Shown piece after piece: positions 37,968 through 50,305 of a DNA stretch of 64,000 nucleotides; position 1 is the stretch's first letter, and every line of letters begins with the position of its first letter. The stretch is from Macrostomum lignano (Eukaryota). The position numbers and the translations under genes are program-made. The stretch covers positions 62,001-126,000 of the forward strand of contig NIVC01002350.1 in the NCBI GenBank assembly GCA_002269645.1, given 5' to 3'. Under the pieces are notes generated by a model. That model was not told where the DNA came from. It worked only from the letters and a program-made list of their open reading frames with translations, and ran no database searches.

Positions 37968-39712
37968 CCGTGTGCGCAAAAGGTATCCGGACAAAATCTT
38001 GTTGGCTTTGCTTTCCGAGAGTTTGACATACTCCGGGAATTTAAAGCATCATTTGTATAATATGTCTATGGCCCAACTTCTGCCTGGAATTTTAACCCTG
38101 ATATGCAAAATGGACTCATGCTGTTCATCCTTTTATTTCGAAAGCTTCGTTTTCAATCCGCGGATTTGCCATCCCAAGTTGTCACAAAATGGCAAGCTAT
38201 TCCTTGGATCTCAAGAAGCGTGTCGCTACCGACTTGACTTCTGGAATGAGCGTGCGAATGTGTGCTGAGAAGTACTCAGTAGGGAAGAGCACCGTCGGTG
38301 ATTGGAAGAAGCTGCTGGATTCTGGCGACAGCCTGGAACCGAAGGAGAAATCGGGACGGCCGCGGACAGTCCGGACACCAGACTTCATGGCCAACCTCGA
38401 AGCCAAGCGGGCAGAAGACCCAACGAAGACGATGAGGCAAATTGCCCGAGAAGAAGGAGTGCATGAGAGCAATGTCCGCAATGCATTTTGGGAGATGGGC
38501 GTCAGGAGCTTCGTGCAGAGGGAGATCCCCATGCTGAACGCGGATCAGCTGGGGCTTCGGGTTCAACGGTCACGGAGGCTCCTGAATGACCTCAAGGCCT
38601 CTCCCGGAGTTGAAGTCATCTTCTTCACGGATGAAAAGAACTTCACGCAGACACCCTACCGGAATCGCAGCTCTTCGCGCGTGCTGGCCAGGAGCAGTGA
38701 GGAGCGGGACGCCTTCAACTCGCCACAGATTAAGCACCCGGCAACCATCATGGTCTTCGGCCTCGTCGCTTCTGATGGCAAGAAAATGCAGCCAATATTT
38801 TTTGACAAGGGGTACCGACTGAATGGAGACGGGTACCTTGATGTGCTCCAGAAAGTGCTGCACTGGATTCGCAGTAACTATCCTGACAGGGTGCGGCCGG
38901 ATGGCAGTTTTGCAGATGGCTGGAACTTTCGCTTCCAGCAGGACTCTGCTCCAGCACACACTCGCAATGACGTGCAGGCCTGGCTCAGCGCTCACTTCGG
39001 GCGCAAGCGCGTCTGGCTGAAGGAGGACTGGCCAGCCTACTCACCGGATCTAAATCCCCTGGATTTTTCGATCTGGAACCAGGTTGACAAGCGGGCCTGC
39101 AGAAGCTTCCACACGTCCCTGGACTCGCTGAGATCTGCCATTCATGAGGCTTGGGAATCAGAGCTGACTCCGGAATATCTGGTGAGATGCTGCAAAGCGT
39201 TTCGTGGTCGTCTTGAGAAGGTGATTGCCCAAGGAGGTTCTCCAATCGTGGATTAAATCGAGTCTGGCATGCAGAGCCGCTTGTTGGAACCATTTGAGCA
39301 GCACATTTCAGCAAGTGGGCCAGGTGATTGATTCGAGGAAGTCTGACGATCTTGAACTCTGTTAGAAAAAGCGACCGCTTCTTTAAATTAAGTTTCACTT
39401 TTGTTGCTCAATGCCCGCGTTACGTTTCTCTTGTTCGCATTTTAGAAAAAAATCGTTTTTACGTTGTTAAATCGAACACGAGCTTGAAATTTCGCGATTT
39501 ACGTCATCTACCTTTAATTAAGCCATTATCACCTTTCCAGGTGAAAATAGACCGACCTGTTGCATTGGCCACTTTGCTGAAAAACGAGCTACGACAATTT
39601 GTTGCATTAAATTGCGATGTGAAAATTCATTGATTTTGGGTACAACACGTGCATATTTATCTGTCCTTCTCTGCAACACATGCAAGTGTCCGGATACTTT
39701 TTGCGTACCCGG
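37968..39712 (+). mobile_element. Tc1/mariner DNA transposon, 1745 bp, apparently intact
   Basis: 26-bp TIRs at 37968-37993 (CCGTGTGCGCAAAAGGTATCCGGACA) and 39687-39712 (reverse complement CCGGGTACGCAAAAAGTATCCGGACA), 23/26 identical. TA target-site duplication on both sides and a single transposase ORF. Confidence 0.95.
38189..39256 (+). CDS. Mariner/maT-like DDD transposase, 355 aa
   Basis: N-terminal HTH region (SGRPR, TMRQIARE) and catalytic motifs FFTDEKNF, FQQDSAPAH and WPAYSPDLNPLDFSIW. There are 39 residues between D2 and D3. Confidence 0.95.
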   Translation: MASYSLDLKKRVATDLTSGMSVRMCAEKYSVGKSTVGDWKKLLDSGDSLEPKEKSGRPRTVRTPDFMANLEAKRAEDPTKTMRQIAREEGVHESNVRNAFWEMGVRSFVQREIPMLNADQLGLRVQRSRRLLNDLKASPGVEVIFFTDEKNFTQTPYRNRSSSRVLARSSEERDAFNSPQIKHPATIMVFGLVASDGKKMQPIFFDKGYRLNGDGYLDVLQKVLHWIRSNYPDRVRPDGSFADGWNFRFQQDSAPAHTRNDVQAWLSAHFGRKRVWLKEDWPAYSPDLNPLDFSIWNQVDKRACRSFHTSLDSLRSAIHEAWESELTPEYLVRCCKAFRGRLEKVIAQGGSPIVD

Positions 39713-42700
39713 TACTAATTAAAGAGCACTAAAACCTAAAATAGCATTTATTAGATAGCAAAAGCATTGTTATACCCTATAATGCCTTTTGGATAGAAAT
39801 TATACCTTTTATATATAGACTACTATGTTATATTATACTACTTTGCTATATTAGCTTAAATAAAAATGATATTCTTAAGAATGAACTATACTTATTTTTA
39901 TTATTAAAGATATTGTCTTTTTGCTAAAAATATAAAAAATCAGAAGCCTTTTTAGGCCAATACCTTGACATATATAGTGTAGATAGCACAGTATAAAATA
40001 TAGTAATGTAGTAAAATAGTATAGTGCAATATTGAGTGTGTTAAAAAAACTATATTTAAGTATTTATAAACTTTTTAAACATATGGTAGATATTATAGAC
40101 TATGGTTTAGAATAATAGCTATGCTTTTAGACATTTAAGTAATAATACTATTACTAATAGTCCAATTTAACTTGGTTTATTTATTTATATACTATTATAA
40201 ACAAATTCTTTTATTATATTAATAATGAATAAAAAATTTTTAACTTTCAGAAAAACATTAAACAAAGCATTAACAACAAATTTTTAATACATATCTATTA
40301 GTCTGTTAATTACAAAAACTTTAACTAGCTTTATCCAATGTTGCCACTCAAGCTAGAATAAATATTTGCACAGAGGATCAAATTTATATAGACAAGACTG
40401 CCCTTTTTTATTCATAAGTTGATATGGCAGAAAATCAATATCATGTTTTACACTTTTGATAAGTCCATTGATTATATAATAGTGCAACTAGTATTTTTGC
40501 TATAGGTTTATCAATTGAATTATCAGTATAATTGGGTCATTTTATAATAGGTTCCCATCATGTTTTTAAACTTTAAGCACTTTTTATAATTGTAACTTTT
40601 GAACCATAATAGATAGAACAAAGCTGCAAAAAGCAATCTATGTCAAACTTCTAGTTCTTTATTTTTTAAATAGCTGCTTATAAATTCTAAAACAATTGAA
40701 TACATAGCAGATCATACACTATGCAGATAGTCATTTGGTAATAAAAAACAATTATATATAATACATAAAGTATAAATATTATATTCTTACTAAAAATACA
40801 CCCATATATAAGTATTAATATATATATAATTTAGTAGTATATATAAAGCAGTGTTTTTTTTACTAGAAAGGAACTATTGCTATGTGTATTGATATATTAT
40901 ATTATGTTATATATGTTGTATATTGTATCTTGTAATAACATTTTACAACATACTACATAGCATAACATACAGCATATATAGCATAGCATATACATTTTGC
41001 TTCTTGAATTAAACCATAATAGTATAACAATAGGTTAATAAGATAGAGTATTAGAATATAGAATAGAATATAGGATAGATTATGGGATGGAATATATAAG
41101 GCACATTGAAAGATAGAGTGACTATTTTGTTTGTATAGGCCTAGAAAAAATAGATTTTTTTTCATTTTTGTACATTTGTACAAAATTTTAAAAGTGTTGT
41201 GCAGGAGTAGCAATATTTGTTTATTATTTAATTATGTAAGCCACTCAGCCAAATAATAGGTCTATTACAACTAATAAAAATTGTTTAATTTAAACTATAA
41301 TATGAACATTTCATTTCAAGGGTTTCAACCCACTTTGGTGAAAGAATTTTTGGCAAGAGTTTAGTACCAGTAAAAAAACTTGTGCAATGACCATTTTGTC
41401 TAAAGCTGACCATTTAGGCAAAACGCCAAAAGATTTAGTCCAGGCTTTGCTGAAGAGTTTTTGTTGTTTTAAAAGAAAGTTAAAAAGAAAAATGGCAAAC
41501 TAGTTTACTTTGTTATATTCCAACCCCCCTACCCTTGAATAGAGGGCGAAATAATTTAACGCACTAAACTAGAACTATGCCCTATAATTTATATTATTTA
41601 TTAATATTAGGCCCTTATACAAAAAATATTTTTAGTTTTATATAAATTATAGCTATATATTCTAGCATTCATTTACTCTTAGGCTATCCTAAGCTATGCT
41701 TTTCTGAACATTTAATGATTGCTAAACAACTGAACGATGTGATTTGGCACAAATTTATTGAATAAAATGGACGTGTCAACTCAGCACAATTTAGACTTTA
41801 ATTCAGGCACAATTTCATTCCATAAATAAATTATAAACTAACAGTCTAACACTAACAGGATACGCCAAGAATGAAATCTTTCTAAATAAAACAATTATAA
41901 GAGCAACATAAAGAAAGAGTGGTCGGCTGTGAATTTTTTGTAAATTTTATTTTCTTGATTGATCTCAATTTCATAGTTCATCTACTTTGAACTTTATTCT
42001 CACTTCTGGGCGGCGATGATTAACTAAATCATCCTGCTGCTACTATTATTTGATTCGCGTCTTAGAATAAATGATACGACTCAAAAAAATCTTTTTGGCT
42101 TTTTAATCAGAAAAAAATTATAGTTATATAACGCTTGCTTTTTTACTTCATGAATTTGGCTACATTTAGTTTAAATTTAAACTTTTAAGTACGGATGTTT
42201 TATTGACAGTTTTTGTTTTAAATATTGTTCCAATAATTTTTTGTATCGTATGCTTGAAATTTCAAAGCTTCAGAGGACATTTCAAAACCTGGCAGGCGGG
42301 CACTGTGTGACGAATAAGGCGAATAAGACGGATTTGTGTAGCGGTTAATTTAGATAGTTCACGATTAGTTAGCAGATCGGCAAGCCGCTTCAACCCGTTA
42401 GTTAATTAACTAATTGGTGTGCCAAGGTAGAAGGCGGAAGAGTTGGTGTAAGGAGGCCAGACAGCGTCACAGCTAAGGGTTAGCGAGCCTAGGTCTAGAA
42501 GCGAAGCAAGGGGAAGGGCGAGAGCGGCTGCTGACTGCAGTGTAAGCATATATTTAAAGGTAAACAGATAACAACAACACCCTTAATCCAAAACCCAGAC
42601 AAACAACCCCCCCCCACGCGGCGCGAAATGTACATGTACAAATTAGTCGATAAATATATCAAGCAAGAATAACATGTCAGTACAAGTACATAGGTAGAAC

Positions 42701-45198
42701 TACTTTACGAGAAATAATAACGATATGAATGAAATACAAATAATAGAATAAATACATACGAGGCTACAAAAACAAAGCAATTAACAGTAAAAATAGCGCG
42801 ATAATAATACGTACGAATATTGTTAAAATAAATGAAAGAATACGGTATGCATATGAAAATAAAGAAATACGATACACGCTTCTACGAATCACACTGTCAC
42901 AACTGGAGCATTTCTTTGACTGCAAGCTGGCTATCTCTGGTAGATGCCTGGCCACGGAGGACCTGTCAGTGGGCATAGTCTAGATATGTAGGCGTGCTCA
43001 CGCTCGGTCCCAGGAGGTGCGCCAGCTAGATGTGACGCTACCAGAAATAGTAAGTAATAAGAAACACAAGAAGCGAAATCGATAAAATTGAACTGGATCT
43101 GAACAGAATCTCGGCTAGTAGGATATAAACACACACATGCCATGTATGGCCAGCTTTATTCCGTGTGTAAGCCTCATGCAATTCTGGAGCAGATCGAAGA
43201 GCAGGAACATCGCTTCGTACTTATTTCTGAGTTTATATACGAATATTGACTGCCGAACCTAACTTGACTTGGTGGCTTCCCGGTCCGAAGAAGACGCAGC
43301 GCGGGGAGGCGAGCGCGCGGTCGATTGCCATGGCTTCCTCTGCCGCAGTCGAACCCACTAGACCATTAACCTAACCTAAACCATTACATTCGATGTAGCT
43401 TAACCTAAAAACTAACCTTTTATCTAATCCTATACATGTAAATCCGAACGTGAACCCTTATCCTGAACCTTAAGCCCAACCCGGCCTAATAATGTAAATG
43501 GTCGCAATCGAAATGTCGTGCTTTCTCTGCTTGAATTAATGCACAATACTGCGTTTGCTTGCCTTTTCAACGAGACGAGAAGCGAGACGAACGAACTGCA
43601 AACAAAAACCGGGCCTGCAGATGATTTTACATGCATTGAATAGGAGCCTGCATGATCATAGTGAGTCATATATATACAGCCTTCGATCTAGTTCTCTAAT
43701 ATAGTTCTCTAAAGCTCTGCACTCATCTCAAAAGCAAGTCCCTTTTCATGCAATTGAAGCGTTCTGCGTTTTTGTTCGATTTTCCGTTTTTCTGACATTC
43801 TACAGAATACACTGTACATGCCACCGCCTTCATTAATTCTACTTTACATGTAACAGTGTACCGAAATGACTATTGAACTGACTTTTGAAAATATAGATTA
43901 AATTTATGGTTAATTACTTCGTTTATTTACGAAGCTTTCACGCTATAGCGCTATAATGCTTGAAGAGTTGAATTAATGCTTGCATCTCGCACGGTTTCAA
44001 GTTCCAAATGAATCAAAGAGCAACTTGTTGAGCATGGAGATGAACGAGAACGCGGGAGTCTTGGCTGATGAGGCCCTGAGCAGAAGGTAATTGATTGACT
44101 TACTCGCGCTAAGACATTGTCAGAGACCATCGCGTGTTGCAGTGCAATACAAGGTAAATTCATTTAATTTCTTCATCCCCTCGCTAAGGTATGGCTAAGG
44201 ATCGAAATGGCAGGTTTTTTGCGGACAAGCCTCAAATTGAGAAGCATTCTGGAAATGCATTGAAAGAATAAAAGGGCTCGGTTATAATCAACAATCGATT
44301 TTGATATTTGGAATAAAAATGAGTACCATGACACCAACTTGAGATACCTGTGTGTGATTGGAGGAGGCTGCATGGCCTTTTGATAACCGTTTTGATAATT
44401 CAACTAAATTCAAATTAGAACAAAAAATGGACATGTTAAACAAATCGTTAAACACCCCGGTAAACGTATTTTAAACACCTTAAACGGCCTAAAGGCAAGA
44501 GGCAAGTCTATACAGTGTACTTTAGGGATGCATAAGGGTGTTTAATGATTGTTTAAAAATGCCGCCGTTGGCGAAAATTTCAAATTGGAATAAATCGAAA
44601 ACCAAAACATATCGTGAAAGTCCTTCTAATAATCTATTGAAAGAATTTCAATGTTTTATTGTAATTGGATAAGGACTCAAGTGCACATTGATTTTATCTT
44701 TGAGGAGCAATGAGAGCAAATTTGTGTTATTACGTCATTGGTGTTGCGTGCGGTGGGTGCGTTATTTAATCTCTTGAATCAAGTTACAACATGCAGCCAC
44801 TTAACTGATTTAAACGCATTTATAGAATCGAGCTACTTTTAGTAGTTTTAATAGAACATTATAATCAGAGTTGGGAATTCGCAAACAAATAGCGCTTGAT
44901 TATCGCAATTTTAGACAATCGGACGCAATTTTAAAGACACGCAAGTGTAGTATAAGTTTCTAAAGGTCTTTTTAGCAATACTTGACTGATTATAGCCCCC
45001 CTTACTTGGCGCCAAGTCCCAAATCAGTTTATACCGTTGGCCTAGAGAGTTCGTTCGCATACGAGCTATAAGCCTAATAGCGAAATTGAATCTCAATCTA
45101 ATCTTACCGAGCACTGTGTACTTTTTGTTTGAATGCACCCAAGCTGCTAGTCAAGAAGCACGAACTAAGAGAGAAGAGTTTTCAGGTGCCACATTCGG

Positions 45199-47002
45199 TC
45201 AGTCAGCGTCTTGGGATTGCGAACTCTGTCCAAGGAGGGCAACTGTCGAGATTTCGCCAACTTGGATTGTTGCGTCTTCAGCGTAGATCTCCACGGCGCC
45301 TGCACTGTCCGACTGTTCCGCATTGTCGTTGGCTTCAACATTCTCGCTCGCTTCAGCCGGGTTGATCACGCTGCTCAGCAATGAGTTCTGCTGTCTCAGC
45401 GCGCTGTGCTCGAGCCCGACTGCACCGCGCTGGGACCGACGACACCGTTGAAGCGCCTGCCGAATGTCGGCTCGCAGAGCCAGGTAGATGGCTGGTTTGG
45501 CCACCAGCATCGCGGAGGTGCAGATGGCGGAGCAGAGGCCCAGAGCCAGGAGTGGCACGCTGCCGCGCTGGCTAGAAGGCGCCTGGGCAAAGTAGGCAGT
45601 GAGCAGCAGCGACTGCGGCAGGCTCAGCAGGTGCGCCAGGCACAGCCAGAGTGTCAGTTTAACCAGCTGTCGTTGTCGCTGCGCCTCAGGCTGCTGCTCT
45701 TGCTGATTGTCCCGCTGTTGAGCTCTGGTGTGTAAGCATGTCAGCTTGGTAATTAGCGATGTACAGTAAAACAGGATTACCGGAGGAATGACCAAGACTG
45801 TTTGATGCTGGTAGGGGTTGAGGCAGCGCCATGAAACCTGGTTTGCCGTGTGATTCAACCCCAAGGCACAGAGAGTGCCCTGTGTGAGCTGTGTATGAGT
45901 GCGTGCCTGACTACAGTATTGACGCGCTTGCATGTGCTCAGAAGTCAGCGGAATGGGCAGAATTGCCTCTCCGCTGGTTGTGGGACGATGTCGATATAAT
46001 TTTATAGGGTTTGATGCTATGCAAACGGAAGCACTTCATTGACTCATGGTGAGTCAACTTTCACCAGTTCCAGCTCTCCGCACAACTGAGATCTTGAGGA
46101 TTACTAACGCAAACGCACTTGAATTCACAAACTTACTCAGCCAGAGATTGCTGGTGCTGCAGTTGCTGCAACGGCTGCATCGTTGGCCAGCTGCGGTAGA
46201 GGAAATAAGCAGCCAGGCTTAGCGGCAGCAGCTGCGTGGCGGCAGACAGACTGAATAGAATCCAGCCAATAGAGGCCTGGTCAGTAAGCAGGACGGGCAG
46301 GGCCACGGTAAGCCCGCTGGCAAAGCTGAATGCCAGTATGCGGCACTCGCTGAGCACCAGGAACCAGATGTTGGCGCCCAGCGCTAAGAAGGCCAGTAGA
46401 CTGGGGAACATGAAGATGCCGCACGGCGCTGAGCCAATCAGCCGTTCGCAGGCGCGCCGATCGGCGAATCTGGCCAAGCCGCCCAGCATCAGGGCGTTCA
46501 TACTGAGGCAGGATTGCCCGATGTACATGCGAAACCGGCACTGCAGAGCCGGTCCAAGAGCTTCAACTATGCCCATCGGGCTGTTTCCATCACCAGTTGC
46601 CACCGCGGCAGTTGCTCCTGGTAGCAACGGTGCCAGGTAGTCGCTAGCCAAGTAGTTCAACGCAAGCGCCATATCGGAGATGGCATTGGCGCAGATTCCG
46701 ATGACACCAATATCCGTGAGCCGGATTCGGCCAACGTGGAGCAGCCAAAGCACCAGGCCGTTCAGAAACAGCGAGGTCAGCAGCACGGCAGCTAGGAGGA
46801 CAAAGACGGAAGCTGAGGATTTCCCGCCGGAGCCGAACCACAGCGCCGAGCTGGGCATCCCGTGACACGTGACGCCGTCGTCGACGGAGCTGAGGAGCTC
46901 GCGGGAGTCTTCGCTGTCCAACGGCTCGTGACAGCGTAGCAACGGCGTTAAGGAGCGCAGCAACATCCGCGTTAAAGCCTCCCTTCGACTGGAACTTTGC
47001 AT
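45199..47002 (-). CDS. Divergent rhodopsin-like (class A) orphan GPCR, 2 exons, 463 aa
   Basis: Exons 47002-46137 (GA|GTAAGT) and 45724-45199 (CACCAG|A). Phase 2 matches and the total is 1392 nt. It has multiple hydrophobic segments with TM1 LFLNGLVLW, TM2 AISDMAL, a Cys at the top of TM3 (QCRF) and TM7 AKPAIY followed by an H8-like LRADIRQAL. Confidence 0.75.
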
Positions 47003-47529
47003 GGCTTTGGCTTCTCTGTGCGCTTCGGCGTCCCAGCTGGTTGGTAACTGCCAGTGCTGTAGTTGAACTTGCGGATTCTGACGTCGATGGATTGAGCATT
47101 TGGGACGCGCGATGTATGGAGAATAAAGTAAAGATGGTTGGGAAAAAAGCGGAGAGACGAGAGAGAACTGGGTGGGTGAATTTTCTCAGTCGCTCATTGG
47201 CTCTGAGGCTGAGGAATGCACTGCTGCATGAGTGTGCAGAGGAAGAGAGGGCTCTAGAAGCCAAATGACTAGCATTCATTGCCGTCACAGCCTCTCTTTA
47301 GTCTTTGATTTTGCCTGAATTCGCATTTCGCTTTTTGAAACAAAAAGAATTAAATGCTACAGAGGCACTGTTGCAGCTGCTTTGCCACTAAATATGAAAT
47401 CGAATTGAGATTGCTTTTCTACATTTAATAGTATTGCTCAGCTCTAACCTAACGGAGCTTGAGAAGAAGAAAATGAGAGGCAGTCGTTGAGGATTAGAGG
47501 AAGTGACACTGCACCTGCTCCTGAAATAA

Positions 47530-48017
47530 ATGACTGGCAACAGGGGCAACCTGGATGGAGCAGGGAGGCAAATCCCTGCAATCAGTGACTGGCAACAGGA
47601 ACACCTGGATGGAGCAGGGAGGCAGATCCCTGTAATCAGTGACTGGCAACAGGACAACCTGGATGGAGCAGGGAGGCAGATCCCTGCAATCAGTGACTGG
47701 CAACAGGGGCAACCTGGATGGAGCAGGGAGGCAGATCCCTGCAATCAGTGACTGGCAACAGGGGCAACCTGGATGGAGCAGGGAGGCAGATCCCTGCAAT
47801 CAGTGACTGGCAACAGGGGCAACCTGGATGGAGCAGGGAGGCAGATCCGTGCAATCAGTGACTGGCAACAGGGGCAACCTGGATGGAGCAGGGAGGCAGA
47901 TCCCTGCAATCAGTGACTGGCAACAGGGGCAACCTGGATGGAACAGGGAGGCAGATCCCTGCAATCAGTGACTGGCAACAGGGGCAACCTGGATGGAACA
48001 GGGAGGCAGATCCCTGT
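47530..48017. repeat. 55-bp minisatellite, ~9 copies
   Basis: Unit gactggcaacaggggcaacctggatggagcagggaggcagatccctgcaatcagt, head-to-tail with no spacers. Confidence 0.95.
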
Positions 48018-48814
48018 CTCCCACTTAAAAACCCTTAAAAGAGAGTCTGGGAGCCAAAAAGTACAGGGCAGATCCCGATGCAGAAGTTTGGGTTCCACCA
48101 TGCCAGCTAATTTCAATTCCAGCTGCGTATACCACACCGCATCGCTTCCTTTGAACTCAGCCGGGGTTGTTGAGCTGAGCGGGGGCTGTGGGAGATTTTT
48201 CTTCCCAGCTATTTTATTTTCCCTGCCAAGCGTGAACTGCAGCTCTCTGCTCAACCAAAACCGAGTCCTTCAATTCTCTGAGCTTTGCTGTGTGTTTTTT
48301 TACGAATGACCAAATTGAAGCAATATGGGATGGAATGAGGAGAGCATCGCACTGCACGCAATCTGCAGCTATCTAAATAGGCAGCTCAGCATCCCTGAAG
48401 CATCATCCCATCTTTTTATTACATTCCGTGCCTCATCATATTATCATCATAATCGCCATATTGCTTCCTGGAATCCTTACCCACCTCTTAATGGCTAGTT
48501 GGCCTTAAGTGGAGACTTAAGTGCCACTCCCCAACTACTCTGCCATCTACTCGTAAGTTATCATTTTTCCTACACATTTTTAGCCTACTAATCCATTACA
48601 CAGCTTTGCTAACCTCATCAAACCTCAAACAAATCTCAACTTCTTCATGCCAAATAGCTTAGCATGCAACTGAAGTATCATACTGATGCTCCCAGTGCTT
48701 CCTGCTTGCAAACCAGTGTTTGCACCAGAAATCGAAATTCATCCCTGCATTCAGTCATAAAGAGCTCTCTCTGCTTCCCTCTCTCAATCTCTCTCCCTGA
48801 TTCTCTGGGAGAGT

Positions 48815-49582
48815 AGAACTGGCGGTGGACGACGGGCCGCCTCTCCCCTACCGCTCAACGGCCAACATCGACCCGAACCACCTCAAGCCCGAGACTCAAG
48901 CGATGCGGCAAGAGCTGGGCTGCATTCGAGACGGCATCAAAGACTGCAGGAACGCTCCAAACCCTGTGGAACCTACGGGCGGACAAGTCTATCGTCATTA
49001 AGCCGGTTGACAAGGACAGCCAGCTGATCATTCTGGACTGGCAGGACTGGCAGTGCCTGCGTCAGCTGGAGGACCCGCTGCTCTACCGGCCTCTGAACGC
49101 ACCGATCAACCGCTTCACAGTCCAGATGATTCGTGCTACCTTCAAGTCGCTGCTGAATCGCAGAATCATCGACCGTCGCCAGTTCAACGCATTGAGACCG
49201 AGACCGCGACACTCCCTCCGGTGGCTCGCCACTTCCTGGCCACAGCCTGGCGGGCTTCGCTTTCACCGGCATGTGGACTCGGGACGGCTCCGGACCGAAG
49301 GCTAATGAACGGCGTCAGCGCCAGGAAGCCAAGCTGATCAATGTCCTGAGGACTCGATTCTCGCATGGCGCCAACGAGCTGGCCGGCGGCGTGTTGCACA
49401 ATCCGGCCATCCCGCTGATTTTGCCCCATTGCGCGGCATCCGATGCCCTGGTTGCCGGCTCGTTGGTGAGGGACCGGCTGTCACGACACAGCGAGGCCCC
49501 GGTGCTGCCAGCCTACACCAAGGGCAGGAGCCTCCGGGCCAGCTGCTCTGCCACAGTCGGCTCGAACCTGCCAATTAACTAA
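48815..49582 (+). mobile_element. Internally deleted, frameshifted Penelope-like retroelement fragment
   Basis: The frame from 48964 reads LWNLRADKSIVIKPVDKDSQLIILD...RQLEDPLLYRPL, the PLE pre-RT IVIKPADKG motif. It is joined to the C-terminal half of a GIY-YIG domain: PVARHF (49218-49235) / LPGHSL...ERRQRQEAKLINVLRTRFSHGANE. The RT core is absent. Confidence 0.8.
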
Positions 49583-50127
49583 TTTAGTTTTTGACACAGT
49601 ACACGGTGCCCTTTCACTTGATACTCGTAGTATTATTTTTGCTCTTTTGACTCAGTGATTTTTAATGCTCCTCTGCTTTTGTGTGTCACCTGTTTTTTGA
49701 CTCTGGTGCACCGGAACTCTTTCTACCCAGAATTTATTTTTTATTATTTTTTTTATTAGTGTTTACGAGCTATTTCTGGTGACGTTCTATTTGGACGTAT
49801 TTATTTCAATTTTTAAGGTCGTTTAGGCTCACTTGTTTAGTTCTATCCATTTATTTATTATCTAGTTTTAATTTGTTCATTCATTCCTTTTACTTTTATC
49901 TATTACTCATCATTATTAATCTATTTATTTTGCAATTTTTTTTCTTTGCTCAGGGTCTGTAAGACGTATGCACTATCGTACTCTACTCTTAGCCATCAAT
50001 CAATATTTCTTAGAGTCTCTGACTCATCATATTGTACAAGTACTTTCCTTACGTCCTTATCGATCCTTTCCTCCCTGGCATTATCGCCTTTAAATATTGA
50101 CGGTAATCGCTCAAATAAACTTTACTC

Positions 50128-50166
50128 GTCCTGACGAAGAATTTAAATAATTCGAAATATCGGCAA
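50128..50166 (+). ncRNA. Minimal type I hammerhead ribozyme motif (Penelope-type)
   Basis: Stem I GTC/GGC, core CTGACGA (50131-37) plus A, stem II GAATT/AATTC, GAAA (50154-57), palindromic ATAT stem III and cleavage triplet ATC (C at 50161). Confidence 0.6.
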
Positions 50167-50219
50167 CATTATCTGTAGTCCATTTTCCCCGTGTCAGTGC
50201 TGAGATTGGAGGTGACCTC

Positions 50220-50263
50220 CTCTCTCCCCCCTCTCTCCATCTCTCTCTCCATCTCTCTCTCTC

Positions 50264-50305
<42 letters not shown>

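Noticed and set aside
42306-42471. Possible solo LTR (TGTGACG...CGTCACA)
   Set aside because: It is only 166 bp, the flanks (CACTG / GCTAA) give no target-site duplication, and no PBS or PPT was seen.
43900-44410. Coding-like minus-strand frames
   Set aside because: They are short, interrupted by stops and carry no family motif.
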